DNA of 63,072 bases, filler included. It is 7 parts of 7 records of this genome, joined end to end, with 100 filler letters (N's around TTAATTAATTAA, not from the genome) between each part and the next. Parts side by side here need not be neighbours in the genome. Positions count along the whole stretch, not along the records: positions 49,958 to 57,723 come from SRR2962707_2246; positions 57,824 to 63,072 come from SRR2962707_2266; 5 more parts are not named here. The stretch is one strand, 5' to 3'. The notes below the pieces were generated by a model. It did not search any database and had not been told where the DNA came from. It worked only from the letters and a program-made list of their open reading frames with translations. Made by a program: the position numbers and the translations under genes. Shown piece by piece: positions 50,042 through 59,537 of the stretch. Positions within the stretch are counted from its first letter, which is position 1. Every line of letters starts with the position of its first letter.

Positions 50042-51985
50042 TCAATCTACTAGTTCTGATACTTTATTCTTGAAAAATTCGACAAAATCCTGAGATTTCA
50101 TCGAACCTATATCTCCTTCACCATGCTGCCGAACCGAAACAGCTCCTTCTGAAGCTTCTTTTTCGCCTACAATCAGCATGTAAGGAATTTTCTTCACTTC
50201 TGCGTCTCGTATTTTCTTCCCTATTTTCTCGTCCCGTTCATCAATGAATCCGCGAATATCGTTTTCCTGCATCTGCAAGAATACTTCCTTAGCATAATCA
50301 TGATATTTTTCAGATATCGGAAGAACGACTATTTGCTCTGGAGCTAACCATAATGGAAAGTCACCAGCAGAATTCTCGATCAAAATAGCAATGAACCTCT
50401 CCATGGAACCAAATGGCGCCCGGTGAATCATCACTGGCCTATGCTTTTGATTGTCACTCCCTACATATTCCAATTCAAATCGCTCAGGCAAGCTATAGTC
50501 TACCTGAATGGTTCCTAGCTGCCACTTTCTGCCCAACGCATCTTTTACCATAAAGTCCAGCTTAGGACCGTAGAAAGCAGCTTCTCCATACTCGACTACC
50601 GTTTGCAATCCTTTTTCATTTGCAACTTCCTGAATCTCTCTTTCTGCTTTATCCCAATCTTCATCTTTTCCAATGTACTTGTCCGGATTTTCAGGATCAC
50701 GAAGCGATACTTGTGCTGTAAAATCCCCAAACCCAAGTGCTCCAAAAACATAGAGTACCAAATCTATTACCTTGGCAAATTCGGCTTTAACCTGATCCTG
50801 ACGACAAAAAATGTGAGCATCATCTTGCGTGAAACCTCTTACTCTCGTCAATCCATGTAATTCTCCACTTTGCTCATATCTGTAAACAGTACCAAATTCA
50901 GCATAGCGAATAGGTAAATCTTTATAGGATCTGGGCTTAGCCTTATATATCTCACAGTGATGTGGGCAATTCATTGGCTTGAGCAAGAACTCCTCATCTT
51001 CCGCCGGGGTATGAATCGGCTGAAATGAATCAGCACCATATTTAGCGTAATGCCCTGAAGTTACATACAATTCCTTACCTCCAATGTGTGGAGAAACCAC
51101 TTGATCATAGCCTGCTTTTAGTTGGGCCTTCCTCATGAAGTTCTCTAACCGTTCTCTTAGAACAGCTCCTTTTGGTAACCATAACGGCAAGCCCTTGCCT
51201 ACTTTCTCAGAAAAAGTGAATAACTCAAGCTCCTTCCCTATCTTCCTGTGATCTCTCTGCTTAGCTTGCTCCAATAACTCCAGATATTCTTTAAGTTCTT
51301 TCTGTTTTGGGAAAGTAATGCCGTAAAGCCTTGTCAACTGCTTCCTTTTCTCATCTCCTCTCCAATAAGCTCCGGCAACATTCAATATCTTGACAGCTTT
51401 TACAAAACCTGTATTTGGAATATGCGGTCCTCTGCATAAATCTGTGAAGTTACCCTGCGTGTAGAATGTAATCTGCCCATCCTCTAGCCCTTCAAGTAAT
51501 TCAAGCTTGTATTCATCACCTTTCTCTTCATAGTAGGCAATTGCATCAGCTTTAGAAATGTCCTTCCGAATGTATTCATTCTTCTCTCTAGCCAATTCAA
51601 GCATCTTGTTCTCAATGGCCTCAAGATTATCCGCATCAAACTCTAAATTTCCAAAGTCAACATCATAGTAGAACCCATTCTCGATTGGAGGGCCAATACC
51701 CAACTTTACACCAGGATACAGGGCTTCCAACGCTTCTGCCATAAGGTGAGCAGATGAATGCCACATTGTAGATTTCCCTTCATCATCATTCCATGTAAGT
51801 AACTGCAGATCAGCATCTGAATCAATTGGCCGAAATGAATCTCTTACTTCGCCATTTACCTTAGCCGCCAGTACATTTCTCGCCAGTCCTTCACTAATAC
51901 TCAAAGCAATATCCAAGGCAGTTGCTCCCTTGTCATAATTCCTCTGAGATCCATCCGGCAATGTGATAGTGATTTGATCACTCAT
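50042..51985 (-). CDS. thrS: Threonyl-tRNA synthetase
   Basis: TGS domain, [43 protein letters not shown]. Confidence 0.99.
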   Translation of the reverse strand: MSDQITITLPDGSQRNYDKGATALDIALSISEGLARNVLAAKVNGEVRDSFRPIDSDADLQLLTWNDDEGKSTMWHSSAHLMAEALEALYPGVKLGIGPPIENGFYYDVDFGNLEFDADNLEAIENKMLELAREKNEYIRKDISKADAIAYYEEKGDEYKLELLEGLEDGQITFYTQGNFTDLCRGPHIPNTGFVKAVKILNVAGAYWRGDEKRKQLTRLYGITFPKQKELKEYLELLEQAKQRDHRKIGKELELFTFSEKVGKGLPLWLPKGAVLRERLENFMRKAQLKAGYDQVVSPHIGGKELYVTSGHYAKYGADSFQPIHTPAEDEEFLLKPMNCPHHCEIYKAKPRSYKDLPIRYAEFGTVYRYEQSGELHGLTRVRGFTQDDAHIFCRQDQVKAEFAKVIDLVLYVFGALGFGDFTAQVSLRDPENPDKYIGKDEDWDKAEREIQEVANEKGLQTVVEYGEAAFYGPKLDFMVKDALGRKWQLGTIQVDYSLPERFELEYVGSDNQKHRPVMIHRAPFGSMERFIAILIENSAGDFPLWLAPEQIVVLPISEKYHDYAKEVFLQMQENDIRGFIDERDEKIGKKIRDAEVKKIPYMLIVGEKEASEGAVSVRQHGEGDIGSMKSQDFVEFFKNKVSELVD

Positions 51986-53056
51986 TCAATTCTTAATTTT
52001 AATAGGTTCTAATTCCAAAATGGGAACTTTGCTTTCCTCAAATTTTTGGCGCTGCAAATATGCAATTTTTCGCTGGATCAGTTCAATTCGATGACTTGCA
52101 ACCGTATCATTTGAGTCAATTTCAAGCATCTTTTCAAAATACTTTATGGAATATGATAGCCATCCACGTTCTTCATAAATTCTGCCCCTTTTCCACCACG
52201 CCTTTGTGTTGGTGCTATCAGATACCAAAACGGAATCAATGTACATAGCCGCTGAATCCCAAAGTAGTTCTCGTCGATACCAATCTGCTATCAAATAGGC
52301 AATCGTATCGTTCTCAATAAATGGCTTAACTTTATTTCTTCCATCTTGTAACCATCCTTGCTCAACGTACAAGTGAGCTACTTCTAGGCTTATCTCTTTA
52401 TTTTTTGCATAAGCTGAATGATAATTCTCAATCACGTTAAATGCTTCTATTGGATAGCCTTGCTTAATTAATACCTCACCATAATCCAATATCAAATCAT
52501 GAGTAGGTTCAGCCTTCCATAGCTTCGTTAAATTGAGCAAAGCTAAAGCTGTATCCTTCAGAACAAGAAATTGTTCGGCTGCAAAGGCAATGTCGTCTTT
52601 ATTATGGTTCTTGAGGAGGAATACTCTTAATTCATCCTTTGCTCTTTTGTGGTTATTGGCGCTAATAAGACTTTTAATCAACGATTTGTGAAATCTATCA
52701 GTGAGTTTATACTCATCATTCCATTTATCAATTACCTCAACAAGCAGTTGATCTCGATCATGTCTTACATAATACTTGATATACTCTTCAACCAACTGGT
52801 TGGTCATACCGTGCTGGGCCTTATATTCGTTCAAGGCAGTAATACAAGTCGTAGGCCAACCTAACTGTTCACAGTAATAAAGCTTCTGTTCAATCAGGTT
52901 GATATTTGATGGGTCAGATTGAAGCTTCCCATTGATATTTTCAAGTGCTTCTGAGTAGAATCCAACATTCAATTCAGGAATTACAATTTCCTGTCTGCTT
53001 CTACTTGAGCAGGCAATTAATAGAAATGAAATTATTGAAAGACTAATCAACCTCAT
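51986..53056 (-). CDS. TPR-like lipoprotein, hypothetical
   Basis: Lipobox LIAC; C-terminal TPR-like helices (AWWKRGRIY...YFEKMLEID). Confidence 0.75.
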   Translation of the reverse strand: MRLISLSIISFLLIACSSRSRQEIVIPELNVGFYSEALENINGKLQSDPSNINLIEQKLYYCEQLGWPTTCITALNEYKAQHGMTNQLVEEYIKYYVRHDRDQLLVEVIDKWNDEYKLTDRFHKSLIKSLISANNHKRAKDELRVFLLKNHNKDDIAFAAEQFLVLKDTALALLNLTKLWKAEPTHDLILDYGEVLIKQGYPIEAFNVIENYHSAYAKNKEISLEVAHLYVEQGWLQDGRNKVKPFIENDTIAYLIADWYRRELLWDSAAMYIDSVLVSDSTNTKAWWKRGRIYEERGWLSYSIKYFEKMLEIDSNDTVASHRIELIQRKIAYLQRQKFEESKVPILELEPIKIKN

Positions 53057-53121
53057 GGAGGTCCAAAATTAAGTTCATCCTTGAGCAAAGTGAACAGAAT
53101 TCAGGATTAAGATGTCAAAAA

Positions 53122-53892
53122 CTAGTTATGTTTCTTCAGTTGTTCCACGTCGTTTCTCAGATTTCCAATCATATCCATTAATTGATCCATAGATAACTCG
53201 GTCGAAGAACCAGGATCTGGAAACTCTACAGAAATATAGGCTTTAGCTTCCCATATCTCAGAAACTTCAGACGGATCCAATTCATACGCACTAAATGCTT
53301 TGTTGTCAGAAACCAGGAACAATTTCCCTTTCTCATCAATGTAATTGAATACTCTTTTGTAAACGACACCTTCTGATTGGGTGGCGAGCACGTAGGTACT
53401 ACCATTTTTGATATGATTTAGAGACTCCATGTATTTACCAATCACAATACTTCCTGACACAAGTGGAAGCATCGAATCTCCTGATATTTCAAAAGCTCTG
53501 TAGGTACCACCTTTTGGCAGAACTGGAAGATGGAATCTAGGTAACTCTGTCAAATACTCAGGATCCGCATACCCATTGGTATAACCTGCTGCGGCTTTGG
53601 TAGGTACTAGTTGGATGAATTCTTCATCAGCATTGTCAACAGTAACTGCTAACACTTTCATTTGCTGCTTCGGCATCCTGTTTTCTTTTGTCAGATCATC
53701 ATTGATCAACTCATCTACAGTAACATTGAAGAGTTCAGCCATTTTGGATAAGGTGACAAGTCTTGGGTCAGCCCTTCCTTCTTCATATGCACCAACCGAT
53801 GGTCTATTGATACCTAATGCAGTTGCAAAGGTTTCTTGTGTATAGCCGTGTTTCTTTCTAAGAAACTTAATGTTATTAGGTATTTGAGCCAT
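53122..53892 (-). CDS. XRE-HTH + S24 peptidase repressor (non-canonical LexA/CI-like)
   Basis: HTH (TQETFA...YEEGRADP), Ala-Gly cleavage site AAAGY, catalytic Ser (GDSM) and Lys (VYKRV). Confidence 0.92.
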   Translation of the reverse strand: MAQIPNNIKFLRKKHGYTQETFATALGINRPSVGAYEEGRADPRLVTLSKMAELFNVTVDELINDDLTKENRMPKQQMKVLAVTVDNADEEFIQLVPTKAAAGYTNGYADPEYLTELPRFHLPVLPKGGTYRAFEISGDSMLPLVSGSIVIGKYMESLNHIKNGSTYVLATQSEGVVYKRVFNYIDEKGKLFLVSDNKAFSAYELDPSEVSEIWEAKAYISVEFPDPGSSTELSMDQLMDMIGNLRNDVEQLKKHN

Positions 53893-54179
53893 TATTCAAA
53901 AAACATAAAATTGGATTCATCTTGCATTTGAGTTCCGACATTGAAAAGATGAAAATGACGGTATTCTGATGTATGATCCAATACTTTCAATCTTCTTCTT
54001 ATTCGGGTAATGACAGATTTAAGTGTTTCATTGGATTCCACCAATAAATATCCATAAAGCTGCTTCCCATGTTGCACTGTAGCAAAGAATTTAACCTGAA
54101 ATCTTCCAGAATTAAGCTTTTTCGAAGTGATTCTAAGCTTGTAGTAATCATCTAATATTAAATCTTTTGCTAACTGCAT
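53892..54179 (-). CDS. 95-aa hypothetical protein translationally coupled to the repressor
   Basis: TAATG stop/start overlap at 53894-53890; fills the gap between promoter and repressor. Confidence 0.72.
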   Translation of the reverse strand: MQLAKDLILDDYYKLRITSKKLNSGRFQVKFFATVQHGKQLYGYLLVESNETLKSVITRIRRRLKVLDHTSEYRHFHLFNVGTQMQDESNFMFFE

Positions 54180-54221
54180 AAGCCATGTTTTGATGCTAAA
54201 TTTAGTAAAATATTTTAAATA

Positions 54222-54234
54222 CTAAAAATATTAG
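54222..54234. promoter_or_regulatory. Palindromic operator CTAA-N5-TTAG (candidate SOS box)
   Basis: CTAA-AAATA-TTAG about 42 nt upstream of the operon start, where the -33 element would lie relative to a TAAATTTAG -7-like element (54204-54196). Confidence 0.6.
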
Positions 54235-54236
54235 AC

Positions 54237-55235
54237 TTAAGATGCCAAAATAAAATTGACTCCTTCAACATAGTTATGTTCTAGCAGAAATGATCTAATC
54301 TCATCTCTAACACCTCTATTGGCTACATATGAAACAACAAAGGCATTCTTAGGGTCCGGAAGATTTGAGTAATGGACAACATTGGAGCCCTTTTTTACAT
54401 CTATGTATTTAGCAATATCGATTCCATGATCTTTCAGGTAGTCACTTCTCCTTCTGGATAGTCTGCCAGCTCCCCAAACATAAATATCAGGATGAAATGG
54501 ATTATTGACTTTCAGCCAGGATGCCAGATACCTGGCTTTTACTTTAAAAAATGAATCATGAGAATACCTTTTATCGGTCCTTGTGAGTCGATCTTCTGAA
54601 TCAAACCAATCAAGTACCAGGTGATCAACTTTCTTCATTTTAACTCCATGATGCTGAAATCTGAGGAATAACTCATAGTCTTCAGGAAACAGACCGTCTT
54701 CATAAAGTCCAAAACGCTCAAATAAGGATTTCCGAAACATCATTGAAGGGTTGGCCATTGGAAACTCTACGAATTGGTTTATCCGTATATCATCATTGAT
54801 AAGAATCGAGTTTAGCCAATCCACATAGGTTATGAATCCTTGATTATTCTGGCTCCCTTGGTATTGAATAAGACCTGATACTACACCCAGTTCCTTATCT
54901 TTTAACAATGCTTCTAACTGCACCTGAATTCTGTAAGGATAAGAAACATCATCTGCATCCATTCGCATGATGTAGTCCGCTTTTGAGGTAATAATACCCA
55001 TATTAGCTGCAAAGACCACCCCTCTTCTTTCTTCATGCAACAACTCAATCCTTGAATCTTGCGAAGCTAAATACTTAGCTACATCAGCACTATCGTCTGT
55101 GCTCCCATTATCTATAAGTAGTAATTCGAAATTGGTATGCGACTGGGTCAAGATGCTTTGAACAGCACGATTAAGATGTGGAGCATTACAGAATGGTAGA
55201 ATGACCGAAACCAGAGGTGAATCACCCTCCTTCAT
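54237..55235 (-). CDS. Glycosyltransferase family 2
   Basis: VSVILP, IDNGSTD, MDADD, EDYELFLR; ATG 55235 preferred over the longer ORF. Confidence 0.92.
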   Translation of the reverse strand: MKEGDSPLVSVILPFCNAPHLNRAVQSILTQSHTNFELLLIDNGSTDDSADVAKYLASQDSRIELLHEERRGVVFAANMGIITSKADYIMRMDADDVSYPYRIQVQLEALLKDKELGVVSGLIQYQGSQNNQGFITYVDWLNSILINDDIRINQFVEFPMANPSMMFRKSLFERFGLYEDGLFPEDYELFLRFQHHGVKMKKVDHLVLDWFDSEDRLTRTDKRYSHDSFFKVKARYLASWLKVNNPFHPDIYVWGAGRLSRRRSDYLKDHGIDIAKYIDVKKGSNVVHYSNLPDPKNAFVVSYVANRGVRDEIRSFLLEHNYVEGVNFILAS

Positions 55236-56025
55236 TTTCTTCTTCTGTCGTGCCTTCCTGATTGATGTCTTCCTGCTGCTCCTCTTCAGGGGTCTCCTGG
55301 GCCTCTTGTTTTTTCTTCTTTTTGAATAAACCCTTAAAGAAAGACTCTTTCGTTTGCAGTGAATCCGGCACATTATCCGCACTAAGTGAATCAGGAAGAA
55401 CAGGTTTTGGCTCTGGCTTTGGCCTATTGTCAATCAACTGCTTAGCAAAATACCTATTGTAATACTCCTGCTCTACATTGAAATTGTCCGATGGATTATA
55501 ACCGTATAAGTAGCGGGTTTCTTCTTTAGCCACCACTGTTGGGGTCGGTTTTTTGCCCAAAGAATCAATGGAAAGTGAGTCCATTGCCAAGGATAACGAA
55601 TCAACAGCGAGTGAATCTGTGAAATCAGAGGCTACAAAATTATTTGAGACTGGCTCTGGAGCTAATACATTTTCCATTGGTGCCGTCCTCAATCTATAGT
55701 TTCTGATTGGATAGGGCACATTTTTAACGATCCCGTATTTGGTTCTCTTTTGAGTTCTCCACGGAACTACTTTCTCACCAGCATAAGCATAATAGTCTGT
55801 TCCCGGCTGAGATACTACTCCCAATGAATCATCTGCATTACCTCCGCTTCGTTGCTGTGCAAGGTATTGGTTACGTGTATTTTCATCCAATTGCCACACA
55901 TAGGAGAAATAAGCATTTCTGGTGGAATCGTCCAGAATGTATGTACTCTGGAATGCAGGACATATTACCTTATCCTGGCACGAAAATAAGCTTACAAAAC
56001 ACAAAAGGATGATCAGTCTCTTCAT
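55222..56025 (-). CDS. Hypothetical lipoprotein
   Basis: Lipobox LFSC, CPAFQS motif, DS-rich low-complexity segments. Confidence 0.75.
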   Translation of the reverse strand: MKRLIILLCFVSLFSCQDKVICPAFQSTYILDDSTRNAYFSYVWQLDENTRNQYLAQQRSGGNADDSLGVVSQPGTDYYAYAGEKVVPWRTQKRTKYGIVKNVPYPIRNYRLRTAPMENVLAPEPVSNNFVASDFTDSLAVDSLSLAMDSLSIDSLGKKPTPTVVAKEETRYLYGYNPSDNFNVEQEYYNRYFAKQLIDNRPKPEPKPVLPDSLSADNVPDSLQTKESFFKGLFKKKKKQEAQETPEEEQQEDINQEGTTEEENEGG

Positions 56026-56122
56026 ATAGAGATCAGCTGTGACAAGCAGTGATTTGCATCAAAAATAGGTGTAATTTCTTTTATATCGATAAATCAACGA
56101 TGAAATTGAACTTTTAGTAGAT

Positions 56123-56812
56123 TTATCTGGACGAAAGACTGCTAAGTACCTTATCATACATCTGATCGACCCACATTTTATACATTTTGCCTGATGGATG
56201 AAGGCCATCTGATGCTGTGAGTGAAGGATCTTCTGAGGCAGTTCTTGAAATAGGGGTAATATCTATGAATTCTATGTCTCTGAGTGTCGCAATTTTCTGT
56301 GCTATTGCATTGTAGCTATCTAATTCAGATCCAATTTTATTTTTATCCAGACCTTTTTGTTCCGTAAATGGAGTTACACCATAATCTGGAATGGACACAA
56401 CGATCACATGATGAGGGTTACCATTTGCAAATTGAATGGCTTCTTCCAGAAGTAGCTTGAATTCCTTCTCATATTGATCTTCATCGTACCCTCTATACTG
56501 GTTGTTAACTCCAATCAGCAAGCTGACTAAATCATATGGGCCTTCAATATCCGCTTTCACAATTCCTGAAATCAGCTCATCTGTCGTCCAACCTGTTTTT
56601 GCAATAATCTTAACATCAATATCAACAGAATCTTCACCGAGTCTTTTAGCAAGTTGAATGGGCCATCTTTCGCTTTCTTTGACCGCCTCGCCAATGGTGT
56701 ATGAATCGCCGAGTGCCAAAAAAGTAAACTTTCTGTTGGTTTCCATTCTTTCAGTGTATTGAGTCGAACAAGAAAAGGATATAAGGATAATAAGTATTGC
56801 AAAAAATCGCAT
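56123..56812 (-). CDS. SGNH/GDSL hydrolase (lipoprotein)
   Basis: LGDSYT, GWTT, IGVNN, DGLHP. Confidence 0.92.
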   Translation of the reverse strand: MRFFAILIILISFSCSTQYTERMETNRKFTFLALGDSYTIGEAVKESERWPIQLAKRLGEDSVDIDVKIIAKTGWTTDELISGIVKADIEGPYDLVSLLIGVNNQYRGYDEDQYEKEFKLLLEEAIQFANGNPHHVIVVSIPDYGVTPFTEQKGLDKNKIGSELDSYNAIAQKIATLRDIEFIDITPISRTASEDPSLTASDGLHPSGKMYKMWVDQMYDKVLSSLSSR

Positions 56813-56873
56813 GCTATCGTTTTTGTGCAAAATAAGAATTTTTAACGTCAAACGTCTTATTTCCCTGCCTTAA

Positions 56874-57677
56874 CTATCGCTTTTCAAGAACGAACCGAAC
56901 GGGTATTATTTTCCTGACCCTTACTGGCATTCCCCTCTGTTTTCCGGGAGTCCAATTAGGTGCATTTTCTATAACTCTCACGGCTTCTTCATCACATCCG
57001 GCACCTATTCCTTTGGCAACAACCACGTTGGTCAGGCTTCCGTCTTTTTCAATTACAAACTGGATAAACACAGTCCCAGACACATTTAATCTTGTTGCAG
57101 CTGGTGGATACCTGAGCTCTTCACCTAAATATTTATAGAATGCCTCAAGACCGCCTTGAGGTAGTGGTTCTTGTTCCACGATGACAAACACTTCATCAAC
57201 AACTTCTTCTTCCTCAACCGGAGGAGTAAATTCAATTTCCTCTAAGGCCTCATCTGCAGTTACATCAACATCAAGTGTGATTTCTAGTTCTTCCACTATT
57301 TCTGTGTCCTGAACCTCAGCTATTTTGAATACTTCCTGTTTTGGAGGTGGTGGAGGAGGTTGCTTACTGATTGGTATTTCAATGATTTCACTCACATCAG
57401 CTTCGACCTGACCTAAGTCCACTAATTCACCCTCACTATATACTTTCCAATTGATGGCAACTATGGCAAATAGGATACTTACCGCCATACCAATGTTAAG
57501 TAACAAGGGTCTTAATGCGCGATCTTTTTCAGTACGCTGATTTTTGATTTGCAATAATTCATCATACAAATCAACTTGTTGGTTTCTATGATGGATGATG
57601 TGATTGGCTTCTTTTAGCTCATTTATCACATCTGGAGCCAAGCTGGCTGGGGGTCGAAATTTATCTGTCGTTTTCAT
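56874..57677 (-). CDS. tonB: Energy transducer TonB
   Basis: TM helix, poly-Pro, acidic linker, TonB-C domain (YPPAA...G.V..QFVIEKDG...PGKQRG). Confidence 0.9.
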   Translation of the reverse strand: MKTTDKFRPPASLAPDVINELKEANHIIHHRNQQVDLYDELLQIKNQRTEKDRALRPLLLNIGMAVSILFAIVAINWKVYSEGELVDLGQVEADVSEIIEIPISKQPPPPPPKQEVFKIAEVQDTEIVEELEITLDVDVTADEALEEIEFTPPVEEEEVVDEVFVIVEQEPLPQGGLEAFYKYLGEELRYPPAATRLNVSGTVFIQFVIEKDGSLTNVVVAKGIGAGCDEEAVRVIENAPNWTPGKQRGMPVRVRKIIPVRFVLEKR

Positions 57678-57723
57678 AACATCAGGATTTACTTGGATGA
57701 TAAGTAAACCTATTGATTATGAA

Positions 57724-57823
57724 NNNNNNNNNNNNNNNNNNNNNNNNNNNNNNNNNNNNNNNNNNNNTTAATTAATTAANNNNNNNNNNNNNNNNNNNNN
57801 NNNNNNNNNNNNNNNNNNNNNNN
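57724..57823. other. Artificial contig linker
   Basis: N44-TTAATTAATTAA-N44. Confidence 0.99.
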
Positions 57824-57824
57824 G

Positions 57825-58529
57825 GAACCGGGGCTATCTATCTGGAAGCAAATTGAAAAGCAGCTTCTAAGCGACATCTCGGAAGGTGTGTTTGCCCCCG
57901 GTGACAAGATGCCGACCGAAATGGAAATGGTCCGGCGCTTTGGGGTGAACCGCCACACAGTGCGACGCGCCATGTCCGCACTTGTCGATTCGAACGTTGT
58001 CCGGGTCGAACAGGGCCGCGGTGCCTTTGTACAGGAACAGATCCTTGATTATCCGCTCGGTTCAAAAACACGGTTTTCCCAGATCGTTTCAGGCCGTCAT
58101 CGTTTGCCAGACAAAAGATTGGTGTCGCACGAAGTGCTAAAAGCCAGTGCCGCCGTTGCGCAACATCTTGATGTTAAACCCGGCACGCGCGTGATCGAGC
58201 TTTTTTCCGTTTCCGAAGCCGATGGTGTGCCCCTTGCCGTGTCGACAAGCTATCTGCCTGCTGGGCGGTTTGACGGCATTGTCGATATTTTCATGGAAAC
58301 CAAATCACTGACCGAGGCATTGAAGCGTTTCGGGATTGATGACTATAGCCGTAAAACCACGCGCATTTCGGCCACCTTGCCGTCTTCCCGGGTGGCAAGC
58401 CTGCTGAAACAGGCCAAGAACCGCCCGGTAATCTCGACCGAAAGTGTCGATGTTGATTCGGCAGGTGTGCCAATTGAATACGGCGTGACCGCCTTTTCAA
58501 GCGACAGGGTTCAGCTTATTGTCGAGTAA
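57825..58529 (+). CDS. phnF: Phosphonate metabolism regulator PhnF (GntR/HutC), 5'-truncated
   Basis: WKQI...FGVNRHTVRRA, EQGRGAFV, YPLGSKTRFS, UTRA domain ending DRVQL. Confidence 0.88.
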   Translation, partial: EPGLSIWKQIEKQLLSDISEGVFAPGDKMPTEMEMVRRFGVNRHTVRRAMSALVDSNVVRVEQGRGAFVQEQILDYPLGSKTRFSQIVSGRHRLPDKRLVSHEVLKASAAVAQHLDVKPGTRVIELFSVSEADGVPLAVSTSYLPAGRFDGIVDIFMETKSLTEALKRFGIDDYSRKTTRISATLPSSRVASLLKQAKNRPVISTESVDVDSAGVPIEYGVTAFSSDRVQLIVE

Positions 58530-58595
58530 GTCAGGTCCAAGCCAATGTGCTGAAGACAGCGGTGCCTGTGTAGCCGATGATTTCGCATTGAGCGG

Positions 58596-59231
58596 TTAGT
58601 ATTCACGACCGGGGCGGGCTTTATAAACCGGGAAGCTGATGCGGAACTTGATCGCGCTGGCGCGCAGTATGAATGACGCAAAGAACGCGATCGCGCCAAC
58701 CGGTCCACGTGGCAATTCCAGAATGGCCGTGCCAAGCACATAGATGCTGGCGCCCAAAAGTGCGCAGCTGATGTAAATTTCAGGCCGTAGGATAAGCGGA
58801 ATTTCGTTACAGACCACGTCACGGACCATGCCGCCAAATGTTGCGGTGATCATACCAAGAATGATGGCAACCAATGGGGAAACACCAAGGTTAAGGCCAA
58901 TCGCCGCCCCGGTGACACCAAACAGGGACAGTCCCAGCGCATCAAGCCAGATCAGGGCAACATAGCGCCGTTCAACCAGATGGGCGGTGAAATAGGTAAA
59001 AATCGCAGCACCGATGCAGGTCACAAGCCATGCCGGATCCCTGATCCAGAAGACCGGTGTTGCCCCGGTGATCACATCACGCACCGTGCCGCCGCCAATT
59101 CCGGTAAAGGTCGCAATCAGGACAAAGCCAACGACATCCATTTGTCGGCGAGACGCCTCAAGTGCACCGGTAATGGCAAAGACGGCAACCCCGGCCAGTT
59201 CAAGCCAATAGATGATCTGGATAATGGTCAT
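58596..59231 (-). CDS. Trimeric intracellular cation channel family (UPF0126/YadS) protein
   Basis: Duplicated halves with GGGTVRD and GGMVRD; DALGL. Confidence 0.92.
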   Translation of the reverse strand: MTIIQIIYWLELAGVAVFAITGALEASRRQMDVVGFVLIATFTGIGGGTVRDVITGATPVFWIRDPAWLVTCIGAAIFTYFTAHLVERRYVALIWLDALGLSLFGVTGAAIGLNLGVSPLVAIILGMITATFGGMVRDVVCNEIPLILRPEIYISCALLGASIYVLGTAILELPRGPVGAIAFFASFILRASAIKFRISFPVYKARPGREY

Positions 59232-59537
59232 GATGTCCTGTCTGGCTTGTCTGCTGTACAAAATGCGGCGACGACGGCAAAGCGACCTGCCGGGAAACCG
59301 ATGTTACGAGCAATCCTCTGATTTTCAAGCATTTCATCAAGTTGGAGTGCTATGTTGCTGCCGAGCTTACTGTGAAGTCGTTGGATTCCAACACTCATCG
59401 TTCTTTTGGGCACGTCGCGACATTTTTGTGCTGTCGGGCTTCTTCAAAATGGTCCAGATGATACTTATATGCTCGAACATATACGCGGCAGGTAAATTGC
59501 CGTGTGCCACAGGTTCCACCGAAAATAATAAGGGGCC

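Noticed and set aside
53122..53892. Prophage CI repressor marking a prophage
   Set aside because: No integrase, divergent cro or structural genes; the flanks are housekeeping.
54196..54205. CTAAATTTAG palindrome as a second SOS box
   Set aside because: The spacing differs (N2), and a similar word precedes pepP near 13276; better explained as a -7 promoter variant.
55236..55433. N-terminal extension of the GT2 ORF
   Set aside because: It overlaps the upstream lipoprotein gene in another frame; GT2 similarity begins after ATG 55235.
25129..57823. Bacteria-eukaryote horizontal transfer or an endosymbiont insertion
   Set aside because: Every junction is the same synthetic linker, so adjacency is an artefact.
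57825..59231. Orphan phnF without a phn operon
   Set aside because: phnF is cut at the contig start, and the phn genes would probably lie in the missing upstream sequence.
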